From positions 2,100,001 to 2,132,000 of the forward strand of contig NC_014148.1 in NCBI RefSeq assembly GCF_000092105.1: DNA of 32,000 nt, in the 5' to 3' direction. Made by a program: the position numbers and the translations under genes. Source of the DNA: Planctopirus limnophila DSM 3776 (lineage in GTDB: Bacteria; Planctomycetota; Planctomycetia; Planctomycetales; Planctomycetaceae). Under the pieces are notes generated by a model. It ran no database searches and was not told where the DNA came from. It saw only the letters and a program-made list of their open reading frames with translations. Of this stretch, positions 9,830-18,197 are shown piece by piece (the first letter of the stretch is position 1; every line of letters begins with the position of its first letter).

Positions 9830-10096
9830 GATGAAAATTTGAATCTCATGGGTGAACAGAGCATAGAGAGCTGCCGTCGATGATGGCCAACCATCCCCAG
9901 CGAGACAACTTTGGCAGACTGAAGTTCAGACTTAAACTCTGAAAATGTCGCCAGACACGCCGCGATCAGCGGCTCGGCAATCCCAAAACACGTGGTGCAT
10001 CACCTCAAGTCATCACATGAACGACAATGTGCCGCACATGAGGAAGTGACCACACCCACCAATGCACAGACGATCAAAATATGTGATAAACCGAAA

Positions 10097-10122
10097 GAAA
10101 AGTGTTCTTAAGAACACTTTTC
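10097..10122. promoter_or_regulatory. perfect 26-bp palindrome GAAAAGTGTTCTT|AAGAACACTTTTC (operator, enhancer site or hairpin)
   Basis: Read directly from the sequence. It is flanked by direct ATGTGATA repeats at 10081-10088 and 10123-10130, with an inverted ATCACAT at 10012-10018. Confidence 0.6.
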
Positions 10123-10290
10123 ATGTGATATTCTAGCACATCGACCAACGCCAAGTGTTTATTTTTGCTGCATCATTTTGCAACAACCACCTGTGCGATA
10201 ATCGATCACCGACTGGTTAACTGGTGGGTGATCTCACAATTCCTGCATTCGAAAGCGCTAGAACTCGGTCCAATCTGAGAAACTCAGAAT

Positions 10291-10306
10291 TGGCATAGAA
10301 CGTGCC
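10291..10306. promoter_or_regulatory. TGGCA-N7-TGCCA element matching the sigma-54 -24/-12 consensus in both orientations
   Basis: The plus strand reads TGGCATagaacGTGC and the minus strand reads TGGCACGttctATGC. The consensus is TGGCACG-N4-TTGCW with GG and GC 12 nt apart, and the spacing is correct on both strands. Confidence 0.4.
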
Positions 10307-10361
10307 ATTGTAGCGTAGCATGAGTCGCGACAGGCGTTGGCCCGCACTTGTCGTTACTTAT

Positions 10362-10400
10362 GAAAGGGTGACCTGCTCTCTCAGAGTGGGTCACCCTTTC
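10362..10400 (+). terminator. 12-bp GC-rich hairpin (GAAAGGGTGACC…GGTCACCCTTTC) followed by TGCTTTCT
   Basis: Read directly from the sequence. It lies inside the 940-bp ORF-poor gap, about 45-90 nt downstream of the plus-orientation sigma-54-like element. Confidence 0.35.
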
Positions 10401-10769
10401 TGCTTTCTACCCCGCACGATTTCTCACTTCTCTCCTCATGTCAGCCCAATGCTCGCCCACGCCAACTCACCAAAGCCATCATCGCTCAACACTGATACCT
10501 TCCAGACTGAACTGCTTGCATGATTCCGAAACGGGAAGACTGAGGGCAGCATGCTTGCACGACGCCCTTCTCAGTTGACGGCTATCAGTGCTGGACCTGC
10601 TGCGAATCCCGATCCTACCGCAAAAGTTCTCCAGCCAACTCAGCTCCGAGATCACTCCCGGGCATTTCACTCCCGTGGATTGATGGAACAGTCAGCCACC
10701 TGTATTGTTCCCTTATTAGAGATGGTCTTTTGACACGAAGTTCGACGAAGAGATCTGTGGAGTAGCGCT

Positions 10770-11819
10770 GTGACAGAACGAGTTGTCATCATCGGTTCCG
10801 GCCCGGCAGGATGGTCAGCAGCAATTTATGCGGCTCGCGCTAGTCTCGAACCCCTGGTTTTTGAAGGCGCCATCTCCGAAGAGAACCGCATTCGTGGGAC
10901 TCTGCCACTGGGTCAACTCGCTCTCACAACCGAAGTTGAAAACTACGCCGGCTTTCCGGCAGCCAATCTCACACAATTTCTGGAGACGGCACTTCCCAAA
11001 GAACGTCGGCAGTACATGGCACCACACTCAGGCCATGGAGTGACCGGGCCGGAACTGATGGAACTGATGCGTGCCCAGGCAGTGAACTTTGGAACCAGGA
11101 TTATCACTGCAGATATCGTTTCCGCCGATCTTTCCCAGCGGCCTTTTGTGCTGAAAACTTCTGACGACACCGTTGTTGAAGCTCATTCGCTGATCATTGC
11201 GACGGGAGCCCGTGCCAATTATCTGGGTCTGCCCAGCGAAGATCGATTTAAAAACTATGGTGTCTCGGCCTGTGCGGTTTGCGATGGAGCGTTACCTCGC
11301 TTCCGCAATAAGCCACTGGTGGTCGTCGGTGGTGGTGACAGTGCCATGGAAGAAGCAACTTACCTCTCCAAGTTTGCTTCCAAGGTTCATCTCGTTCATC
11401 GTCGCGATGAATTCCGCGCCAGCAAAATCATGGCGGCCCGTGTGCTGGACAATCCTAAAATTCAGGTCGAATGGAGCTCTGCCGTCACCGAGGTTCTGGG
11501 GGATGACCAGCACGGTGTCACTGGTGTGCGGCTGAAGAGTCTCAAAGATGATTCCGAGCGAACACTCGAGGCAGCGGGGATGTTCTGCGCCATCGGCCAT
11601 ACACCAAATACCGATTTTCTTGCAGGGCAGATTGAAACGGACGACAAAGGTTACGTTGTCTATAAGACGCCGTTCCGCACAGAAACTTCCGTCGAAGGTG
11701 TGTTTGCCGCTGGTGATGTCGCCGACAGCTACTATCGCCAGGCGATCACCTCAGCCGGCACGGGTTGTATGTCGGCACTCGATGCCGAACGCTGGCTGGC
11801 CAGTCAGGGAATTCACTAG
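10770..11819 (+). CDS. trxB: thioredoxin-disulfide reductase
   Basis: GTG start. FAD-binding [19 protein letters not shown], redox-active CAVCDG, NADPH-site [13 protein letters not shown], and C-terminal GVFAAGDV. Confidence 0.95.
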   Translation: MTERVVIIGSGPAGWSAAIYAARASLEPLVFEGAISEENRIRGTLPLGQLALTTEVENYAGFPAANLTQFLETALPKERRQYMAPHSGHGVTGPELMELMRAQAVNFGTRIITADIVSADLSQRPFVLKTSDDTVVEAHSLIIATGARANYLGLPSEDRFKNYGVSACAVCDGALPRFRNKPLVVVGGGDSAMEEATYLSKFASKVHLVHRRDEFRASKIMAARVLDNPKIQVEWSSAVTEVLGDDQHGVTGVRLKSLKDDSERTLEAAGMFCAIGHTPNTDFLAGQIETDDKGYVVYKTPFRTETSVEGVFAAGDVADSYYRQAITSAGTGCMSALDAERWLASQGIH

Positions 11820-11906
11820 CACTTGCCCAGCCACGTTTGAAGATGCTTTCCAAAATCTCAGAATAAAACCCCGGTCGGTTTTTGACTGGGATATCCCCTG
11901 CAGGAA

Positions 11907-13094
11907 ATGAATATGCTGACCAAAGATGGCGTTCTCGGGCGAAGACAACGGCTTTGGAATACAATCCCTTCGCGGTTTGAATGGCTTCTGATCGCTGACC
12001 CGAGGCATGTTCAATACCTCTCGAACTTTCTTGTGAACCCGTTGAGTTTTTCAGCGGGTGAACGTGCCTGGCTCCTGCTGGAACGATCGGGCAAGGCCAC
12101 TCTCCTGGGCGACAACTTTACCCTCCGTTCGAGAGCCATGGAGCCGGTGGTCGATGATGAAGTGATGATCAAGTGGTATGACCACCAGCATTCCGTCATC
12201 AACCGCGATCATGCGCTTCTGGAAGCGGCTAGGCAGATCGCAGATCGTTTGTATGGTCGCGTAGGTGCTGTCGAAGCCGAATGGCTGCCGCTGGGTGCCT
12301 TCGAGGTCTTGGGGTTAGATCACGAATCTCACTCGATAAAGCGAGAAGCCGGAGACGGCCTTCCCGATAAGTTCCCTGTCGATCTCGGAACGACGATCCG
12401 ATCGCTGCGTCGCCAAAAAGATGCGGACGAAATCGCCTTGCTGAAGCAATGTATGGCGGCAGGTGATGCTGGCCATGCCTTTGCAAGAGAATTTGTGGCG
12501 ACAGGACGAACTGAACTCGATATCTACCTGGGAGTACAGCAGGCAGCACTTTCGGCTGTTGGCCGCACAGGGCTCGTCTACGGCGACTTCCGAGCAGCCA
12601 CTAAAGAAACACCCAAGTCGGGGGGCTTGCCCACAAATTATGCTCTCCAATCGGGAGATATGTACATTCTCGATTATTCGGTTTGTCTGGATGGTTATCG
12701 ATCCGACTTTACCAATACGATCTGCGTGACCGAACCAACTCCAGAACAGCAGAAGCTCTATGATGTCGTGATGGCCGCACAGCAGGCGGGCGAAAAAACA
12801 CTCAAAGCGGGTCGACCTGCCAAGGATGTATTCGCTGCCGTTGAAGCCCCCATCATTGAAGCCGGCATGAAGGATCGTTTCGGACATCATGCCGGCCATG
12901 GAATTGGTCTGGCACACCCCGAACCACCAGTGCTGGTTCGCGACAGCACGGATACTCTGCTGGCTGGTGATGTGGTCACTCTCGAACCTGGACTCTACGT
13001 TCCCGGAGTGGGTGGGATTCGCATTGAGCACAACTACCTCATCACCGAGACAGGTTACGAGCGGCTCAGCCAGCATGTGATTGCATTGAGATAA
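11907..13094 (+). CDS. M24-family metallopeptidase (Xaa-Pro aminopeptidase / creatinase-fold)
   Basis: The metal-ligand pattern of the pita-bread fold is present (…[16 protein letters not shown]…, [37 protein letters not shown]). Confidence 0.9.
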   Translation: MNMLTKDGVLGRRQRLWNTIPSRFEWLLIADPRHVQYLSNFLVNPLSFSAGERAWLLLERSGKATLLGDNFTLRSRAMEPVVDDEVMIKWYDHQHSVINRDHALLEAARQIADRLYGRVGAVEAEWLPLGAFEVLGLDHESHSIKREAGDGLPDKFPVDLGTTIRSLRRQKDADEIALLKQCMAAGDAGHAFAREFVATGRTELDIYLGVQQAALSAVGRTGLVYGDFRAATKETPKSGGLPTNYALQSGDMYILDYSVCLDGYRSDFTNTICVTEPTPEQQKLYDVVMAAQQAGEKTLKAGRPAKDVFAAVEAPIIEAGMKDRFGHHAGHGIGLAHPEPPVLVRDSTDTLLAGDVVTLEPGLYVPGVGGIRIEHNYLITETGYERLSQHVIALR

Positions 13095-13141
13095 TCTTCC
13101 TCATCCCTGTTTGACTCTCTTTTGTGGCCGATTGAAAATAC

Positions 13142-14161
13142 ATGACAGATGCGATTGGTTCGGTTCGTCCTCGCCGGGTTCTTGTGACGGGTGCCGGTGG
13201 ATTTCTGGGGGGCGTGCTGGCCCGTCGTTTGCAAGCTGAGGGACATCAGGTCGTCACGATTCAACGTGGCGATTACCCTGAGCTTGCGAATGCAGGAATC
13301 GAGTGCCATCGCGGCTCGATTACCGACCTTTCTGTCCTTTCACGAGCCATGGAAGGATGTGAAACCGTCTTTCATGTGGCAGCCAAAGCCGGCGTGTGGG
13401 GATCGTGGCTCGATTACTTTCGCACGAATGTGCAGGGGACTCAGGCTGTCATCGATACCTGCAAACAGGCACATGTCCGCCAGTTGGTATTCACCAGTTC
13501 TCCGAGTGTGATCTTTGATGGGAAAGATCAGGTCGGAGTGGATGAATCCTACCCCTATCCAGCTTCGTATATGGCTCATTACCCGGCCACGAAGGCCGAT
13601 GCTGAACGACGGGTCTTGAATGCCAATCATGAGAGTTTGCAGACGATTGCACTCAGGCCCCATCTGATCTGGGGGCCCGGAGATCCCCATTTGATTCCAC
13701 GAGTACTGGATCGCGGCCAGAAGGGGAAGCTACGCCGGATCGGAAATCGTGAATACCTGGTCGATGCCGTCTACGTTGATAACGCTGCCGACGCACACCT
13801 GCTGGCGATGAATGCACTCGATCGAGGTATCGGCGGAGGGCAAGCCTACTTTGTGACCAATCAGGAACCGTGGGAGTTATGGAAGTTGCTCAACGCCATC
13901 CTCGCTTGCCGTGGGATCGCTCCCGTCACAAAAAAAATCCCGGCCGTTCTGGCGAAATCGATGGGGGCACTGTTTGAGACCACTTACCGACTCCTCGGGA
14001 AAACGTCCGAACCACCCATGACCCGTTTTGTCGCCAGCCAGCTTTCGACCAGCCATTGGTATTCCCCAGTGAAAATTCAGCGAGACTTGGGGTTTTTTCC
14101 TAGGATCTCGATGGACGAGGGGTTGCAGATGCTGGCGAAGTCATTGACATCCCCATCCTGA
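13142..14161 (+). CDS. NAD(P)-dependent 3-beta-hydroxysteroid dehydrogenase/isomerase-family (extended SDR) protein
   Basis: Rossmann motif VLVTGAGGFLGG, catalytic YxxxK (YPATKADAE), and LRPHLIWGPGDPHLIP, which resembles the NSDHL/3-beta-HSD family. Confidence 0.85.
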   Translation: MTDAIGSVRPRRVLVTGAGGFLGGVLARRLQAEGHQVVTIQRGDYPELANAGIECHRGSITDLSVLSRAMEGCETVFHVAAKAGVWGSWLDYFRTNVQGTQAVIDTCKQAHVRQLVFTSSPSVIFDGKDQVGVDESYPYPASYMAHYPATKADAERRVLNANHESLQTIALRPHLIWGPGDPHLIPRVLDRGQKGKLRRIGNREYLVDAVYVDNAADAHLLAMNALDRGIGGGQAYFVTNQEPWELWKLLNAILACRGIAPVTKKIPAVLAKSMGALFETTYRLLGKTSEPPMTRFVASQLSTSHWYSPVKIQRDLGFFPRISMDEGLQMLAKSLTSPS

Positions 14162-14419
14162 CCAAAGCCTCGATTCCTCCAGCCCCTCCCAAACCTCACT
14201 CCTCCCACATTGACATAAATCACCCCTCAGCTTCCCAGTCATCCCGAATTCACGGAATCTCCGGCAATTTCCGCCATTTCATTGGCGTCACTGATTCATT
14301 TCACTTACCCTTTCCCGGTGGTTTAGGAAGCTTTTGTCGATTCCGCTGACTTTTCCGACAAGGATAACAACGGCGGTTTTCGAGCAATTGGTACGGATGC
14401 CCTTAGGGAGTGAATCTGA

Positions 14420-14950
14420 ATGGTTTTTGCAGAGCGCAGGATGTGCGTGGTACTCGCAGTTTTGAGTGCAGTTGTCTGTCAGACATGGCTAATACTTGCC
14501 GCCGAACAAAACAGCCCTCCCGTGACTCCTCAGGTGCCGGCAGCACCTCAGAGCATTTCCTGGAGAGCCAGCTATCGAAAAGCCTGGGATGAGTCCAAAG
14601 CCACAGGCAAGCCTATGCTCATCAACATCTCGGCCAAATGGTGCCTCGCCTGTCGTACACTCGAACAGCAGACGCTTAACCAGCCGCAGGTGCAGCAGAT
14701 GGTGAATGAAAATTTCATCGCGGTGCAACTGGATGCGGATGCTCATCGCGAACTCGTCCAGTCCTTCCGTGTCACTGGATTGCCCACCTGCCTGGTGGTC
14801 GCTCCAGATCTCACCATCGAAGACCGCATTATCGGCATGCAGCCAGCCAACACATTTACTGGCCGCCTGTCAGAATCTGTCAGACCCGACATCGAAATGG
14901 CCAGTACTCCGGCACCGGCCTCCGCAACTCAACCAGCCAATGGCATCTAA
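14420..14950 (+). CDS. secreted thioredoxin-fold protein (Thioredoxin_7/DUF255-like), WCxxC
   Basis: Signal peptide, then KPMLINISAKWCLACRTLEQQTL…NFIAVQLDAD…GLPTCLVV. Confidence 0.75.
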   Translation: MVFAERRMCVVLAVLSAVVCQTWLILAAEQNSPPVTPQVPAAPQSISWRASYRKAWDESKATGKPMLINISAKWCLACRTLEQQTLNQPQVQQMVNENFIAVQLDADAHRELVQSFRVTGLPTCLVVAPDLTIEDRIIGMQPANTFTGRLSESVRPDIEMASTPAPASATQPANGI

Positions 14951-14987
14951 TTGCCGTTGCATCTCAAAGTGAGTCGTTCAACCTGCA

Positions 14988-15019
14988 GAAAACACCAGCG
15001 GATCTCCGCTGGTGTTTTC
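14988..15019 (+). terminator. rho-independent terminator after the thioredoxin-fold gene
   Basis: GAAAACACCAGCGG-atct-CCGCTGGTGTTTTC, with a T-run within and after the 3' arm. It sits 38 nt after the stop. Confidence 0.8.
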
Positions 15020-15209
15020 ATGTACACGCACGGAATTGCCGGTTTTCATCAGAGTGGCAATTGCATCGATTGCACTGTTCTGAGACTTCACCATATCGTT
15101 TTCGCGATGCCGATCCGATGACCAGTGACGTCACGGTGGGCGCAGGAAGTCATGGACAGGTCAACCAGAGCAGGGGTGCTCTTAACTGCCTGAAGATGAA
15201 AGCAGCAAC

Positions 15210-15548
15210 GTGCGTGATATCTCGTCTGTTCGATCACTCAACGATCTTCGAGACTTTGTGCATCAGGAACTCTGTCGCTTCGAAAATCTGCTGGCAGAGC
15301 AGTTTCAACTGACCGAATCCCGTATTCTTCGCCAGGGAGAACTCTGCGGCTTACAGTTTATGCTTCAGGGCCCGCGGAGTGTTCGCCTCAACGCTGTCTG
15401 GGCGGCAGACAAAAACGATCTTTATCTTTACAACGCCCGCGGTGAGCGTTGCGCCAAACTTAAGGTCTCGACTCAACTCTCGACGGAATTGAGCCAGACA
15501 GGGTTTAGCCAGACAAAGTTAAGCCAAACAGACTCATCGGCTGCCTGA
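15210..15548 (+). CDS. hypothetical protein (112 aa), no recognisable domain
   Basis: It is the only sizeable ORF between the terminator at 15019 and the convergent PhyH gene. GTG start. The C-terminus carries an SQT-type short repeat. Confidence 0.45.
   Translation: MRDISSVRSLNDLRDFVHQELCRFENLLAEQFQLTESRILRQGELCGLQFMLQGPRSVRLNAVWAADKNDLYLYNARGERCAKLKVSTQLSTELSQTGFSQTKLSQTDSSAA
15492..15536 (+). repeat. 3 x 15-bp tandem repeat (AGCCAGACA-N6 / AGCCAGACA-N6 / AGCCAAACA-N6)
   Basis: Read directly from the sequence. It encodes SQTGF-SQTKL-SQTDS at the C-terminus of the 112-aa ORF. Confidence 0.8.
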
Positions 15549-15569
15549 GTCGTTGTCTCTTCCCAGGCG

Positions 15570-16430
15570 CTAACTGGTCATCGAAGGGGTCAGCAGCAGT
15601 TCGGGCATGGAGGCTGACCGGCTTCCTGCAACCGGCAGATTGTCTCCACCACGAAACGTGAACACGACCGAGTATTTCGTATCGTTTGTGGTGTTTCGAT
15701 CAGCCGCATGCAAAGCCAGGCAGTGGAAAAACAGTACATCGCCGGGTTCTAGCTCAACGAATTCCCGACGGGCAATCCACTCTTGATTCTCCGGTAAATC
15801 GGTCCGGAAAAACAACGCGTCATCCAGTCGTTCGCGGCTCAATTTCTCTCGATGGGAACCTGGAATCACCTGCAGGCAGCCATTCGCGCGCGTTTCGTTG
15901 CCCAGTGCCAGCCACACATTCACCAGATCGGGCTTGGTGTAGCTCCAGTAACGAATGTCCTGATGCCAACCTGTCTCGCTGCTGTAGGCAGGCTGCTTGG
16001 TCATAATGCAATTGTGATGGGCCAAAGGACAGATCACACGCGGCCCCAGAATCTGTTGCAAACGCCGCACCAGCTTCGGCTGCCCCAACCATTCACTAAA
16101 GACATAATCCCGCGTCAAGGCCTGCTTCAGTCGACGGATTGTCCGTCCACCTTCTGCTTCAAACGATGCCGGCGACCCTGGGTATTGCAACTCGGCTTCG
16201 TATTCGACGGGAGCAATGTGTTCATCCAGCCCCCGGCGAACGACTTCCATCATCCGCTGACGACTCTCTGATGTCCCCAATCCCCGGACAACGACGTACC
16301 CTCGCTCACGGAACTGATGGATTTCATCGTCAGAAAAAAAATCGCCGGGTAACTGGCTGGCCGTCGAACTGGAATTCGGGATGTTGGTCACTCTGGTCTC
16401 ACAACTCACAAAATCGATCTCGATCAACAA
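15570..16430 (-). CDS. phytanoyl-CoA dioxygenase (PhyH) family Fe(II)/2-oxoglutarate oxygenase
   Basis: FRERGYVVVRG, WHQDIRYW (the HxD facial triad), and a distal His in FFHCLALHAADRN. The longest ORF starts with TTG at 16430, and a GTG at 16409 is an alternative. Confidence 0.8.
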   Translation of the reverse strand: MLIEIDFVSCETRVTNIPNSSSTASQLPGDFFSDDEIHQFRERGYVVVRGLGTSESRQRMMEVVRRGLDEHIAPVEYEAELQYPGSPASFEAEGGRTIRRLKQALTRDYVFSEWLGQPKLVRRLQQILGPRVICPLAHHNCIMTKQPAYSSETGWHQDIRYWSYTKPDLVNVWLALGNETRANGCLQVIPGSHREKLSRERLDDALFFRTDLPENQEWIARREFVELEPGDVLFFHCLALHAADRNTTNDTKYSVVFTFRGGDNLPVAGSRSASMPELLLTPSMTS

Positions 16431-16496
16431 CTTTCAGAACAGACTCCCCAGGACATCCGTCCTCAGGCCGTCGGAAGAATACTGACTCACGATAGA

Positions 16497-17918
16497 TTAC
16501 AGCTCATACTCGCGAATCTTGCGATAGAGCGTGCGTTCGCCAATTCCCAATAGATTGGCCGCCTCGTCGCGCTTTCCACCGGTCAATTCCAGCGCCCGGG
16601 CAATGTAATACTTTTCGACATCGTTCAACGAACGCCCGATGAGTCCATCATTCCCGGCGGGATTCTGAATGAGATCAACTTCGCTGTGTTCATGATGGCC
16701 AGCACCAATCCCTTCCGGAAGATCATCCACATCCAGTTTGCCATCGATGTCGAGCACCATCATCCCTTCCACCACATTGCGCAGCTCACGAATATTCCCT
16801 GGCCATGCGTAAGCCATCAATGCCTGTTGAACCTGACGGGTAACGGTGGGAATCGGCCTCTTTTGGCGCTCGGCAAACTGCTTGAGAAAATGATCAATCA
16901 GGAACGGGATGTCTGCTCGTCGATCACTGAGTGGTGGCAAGACAATCGTGACGACTGAAAGCCGGAAGTAAAGATCTTTACGGAATGTTCCCTTCTTGAT
17001 CATGTCCTGCAGATCAGCATTGGTCGCAGCCACGAGCCGGACGTTGATCGGAATCTCGTCGTTCGCACCCAGCCTGGTAATGCGACGCTCTTCGAGGACT
17101 CGCAGCAATTTGATTTGTGTGGCCATGGGCATTTCGCCCACTTCATCCAGAAATAATGTGCCACCGTTGGCATACTCGAATTTCCCGATTCGTTTCGTCG
17201 CCGCACCGGTGAATGCTCCGGCTTCGTGACCAAACAGTTCGCTCTCGAGAATACTCTCCGGCAGTGCCGAGATATTGAGCGGAACAAAAGGCTTATTCTT
17301 GCGTTCGCTGTTCTGATGGATCGCCCGCGCCACGAGTTCTTTGCCAGTCCCGCTTTCTCCCTGAATCAGGACGGTACTATCAGTCGGCGCCACGCTCCTC
17401 AACTTTTCGATCAGCCGGTGCATCGAAGGACTGTTGCCAATCACCCCTTCAAAGCCAAACTTTTCATCGAGTCGCCGGCTGAGTTCAAATGTCTTTCTCA
17501 GCAGTCGAATCCGCGAACTGGCACGGTCCACCGCTTGCCTCAACTCACTGATATCAAGCGGTTTTGTGAGATAAGTATGTGCCCCGTGCTGTCCCGCTGT
17601 CAGTGCCGATTTGATCGAGGCATGTCCGGTCAGCAAAATGACTTCGGCATCCGGCAGTTCAGCCTTTGACCTGCGCAGAATCTCCAGGCCATCCACTTCG
17701 TCCATCATCAGTTCAGTGATGATTACATCAAAGTTCTCAACCTCAATCAGGTCGAGTGCCTTTTTTCCGGATTCTGCTCCGGCCGAAGCGACTGTGCAGT
17801 CGTAACCCACACGCGTCAGACTGTCAGCCACGGCTTGTGCATGGGCTTCGTCGTTGTCCACAATCAGCACGCGGACACGGACTTCACTCGTTTCTGCAGG
17901 CTTGATTTCCTTGGCCAT
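16497..17918 (-). CDS. sigma-54-dependent transcriptional activator (NtrC-family bEBP): receiver + AAA+ + Fis-type HTH
   Basis: Receiver fold at the N-terminus, Walker A GESGTGKE, the sigma-54 contact loop [15 protein letters not shown], and C-terminal [22 protein letters not shown]. Confidence 0.95.
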   Translation of the reverse strand: MAKEIKPAETSEVRVRVLIVDNDEAHAQAVADSLTRVGYDCTVASAGAESGKKALDLIEVENFDVIITELMMDEVDGLEILRRSKAELPDAEVILLTGHASIKSALTAGQHGAHTYLTKPLDISELRQAVDRASSRIRLLRKTFELSRRLDEKFGFEGVIGNSPSMHRLIEKLRSVAPTDSTVLIQGESGTGKELVARAIHQNSERKNKPFVPLNISALPESILESELFGHEAGAFTGAATKRIGKFEYANGGTLFLDEVGEMPMATQIKLLRVLEERRITRLGANDEIPINVRLVAATNADLQDMIKKGTFRKDLYFRLSVVTIVLPPLSDRRADIPFLIDHFLKQFAERQKRPIPTVTRQVQQALMAYAWPGNIRELRNVVEGMMVLDIDGKLDVDDLPEGIGAGHHEHSEVDLIQNPAGNDGLIGRSLNDVEKYYIARALELTGGKRDEAANLLGIGERTLYRKIREYEL

Positions 17919-18197
17919 GAGTGACGGATTTTCCTCACACGAAGCATTTTTCAGGCATGTCGTCTCTTGTGATAGGATACCATCTCCTGATCATCCTTGC
18001 GATGTATCCGAGCGTCACTTCGAGGCTCGCCGTTCATGAGCAGAATTTTGTCCAACAGTTTCAATTTGAATACGATGACTCAAGTTCAACCGTCGCCGTT
18101 ACACCAAGTTCGATTTCTTCAAGATTTGATGTTGCAGTTCAAAACCAGTTAAGCCGCTCCTGGCCAATGCACTTAAAAAAGTTCTGGAATTTCAAGC

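Noticed and set aside
10320-10733. Short ORFs (67, 63 and 60 aa) lie inside the 940-bp gap and might have been small proteins.
   Set aside because: They have no start context, no motifs and Pro/Ser/Arg-rich composition, and they overlap each other. I treat the region as non-coding pending expression data.
12315-13076. A 253-aa ORF lies antisense to the M24 peptidase gene. Similar long antisense or overlapping ORFs occur at 22473-23030, 23600-24271, 25503-26153, 27012-27641, 17226-17669, 20375-20860, 6522-7037 and 8703-9311.
   Set aside because: Each overlaps a gene with clear family motifs on the other strand or frame. Their sequences are compositionally odd (Arg/Ser/Cys/His-rich) with no motifs. 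Such shadow ORFs are typical of moderately GC-rich DNA.
13925-13936. A8 homopolymer runs in coding sequence, inside the 3-beta-HSD-family gene (about 13930) and the PhyH gene (about 16335), were considered as possible phase-variation tracts.
   Set aside because: The runs are short, both reading frames are intact, and these genes are not of the surface or restriction type usually subject to phase variation.
15055-15075. TGGCAAttgcatcgaTTGCA upstream of the 112-aa ORF looked like a sigma-54 -24/-12 pair.
   Set aside because: Neither TTGC copy has the right spacing: one is too close and the other 4 nt too far. The base pair at the -12 position is GA.
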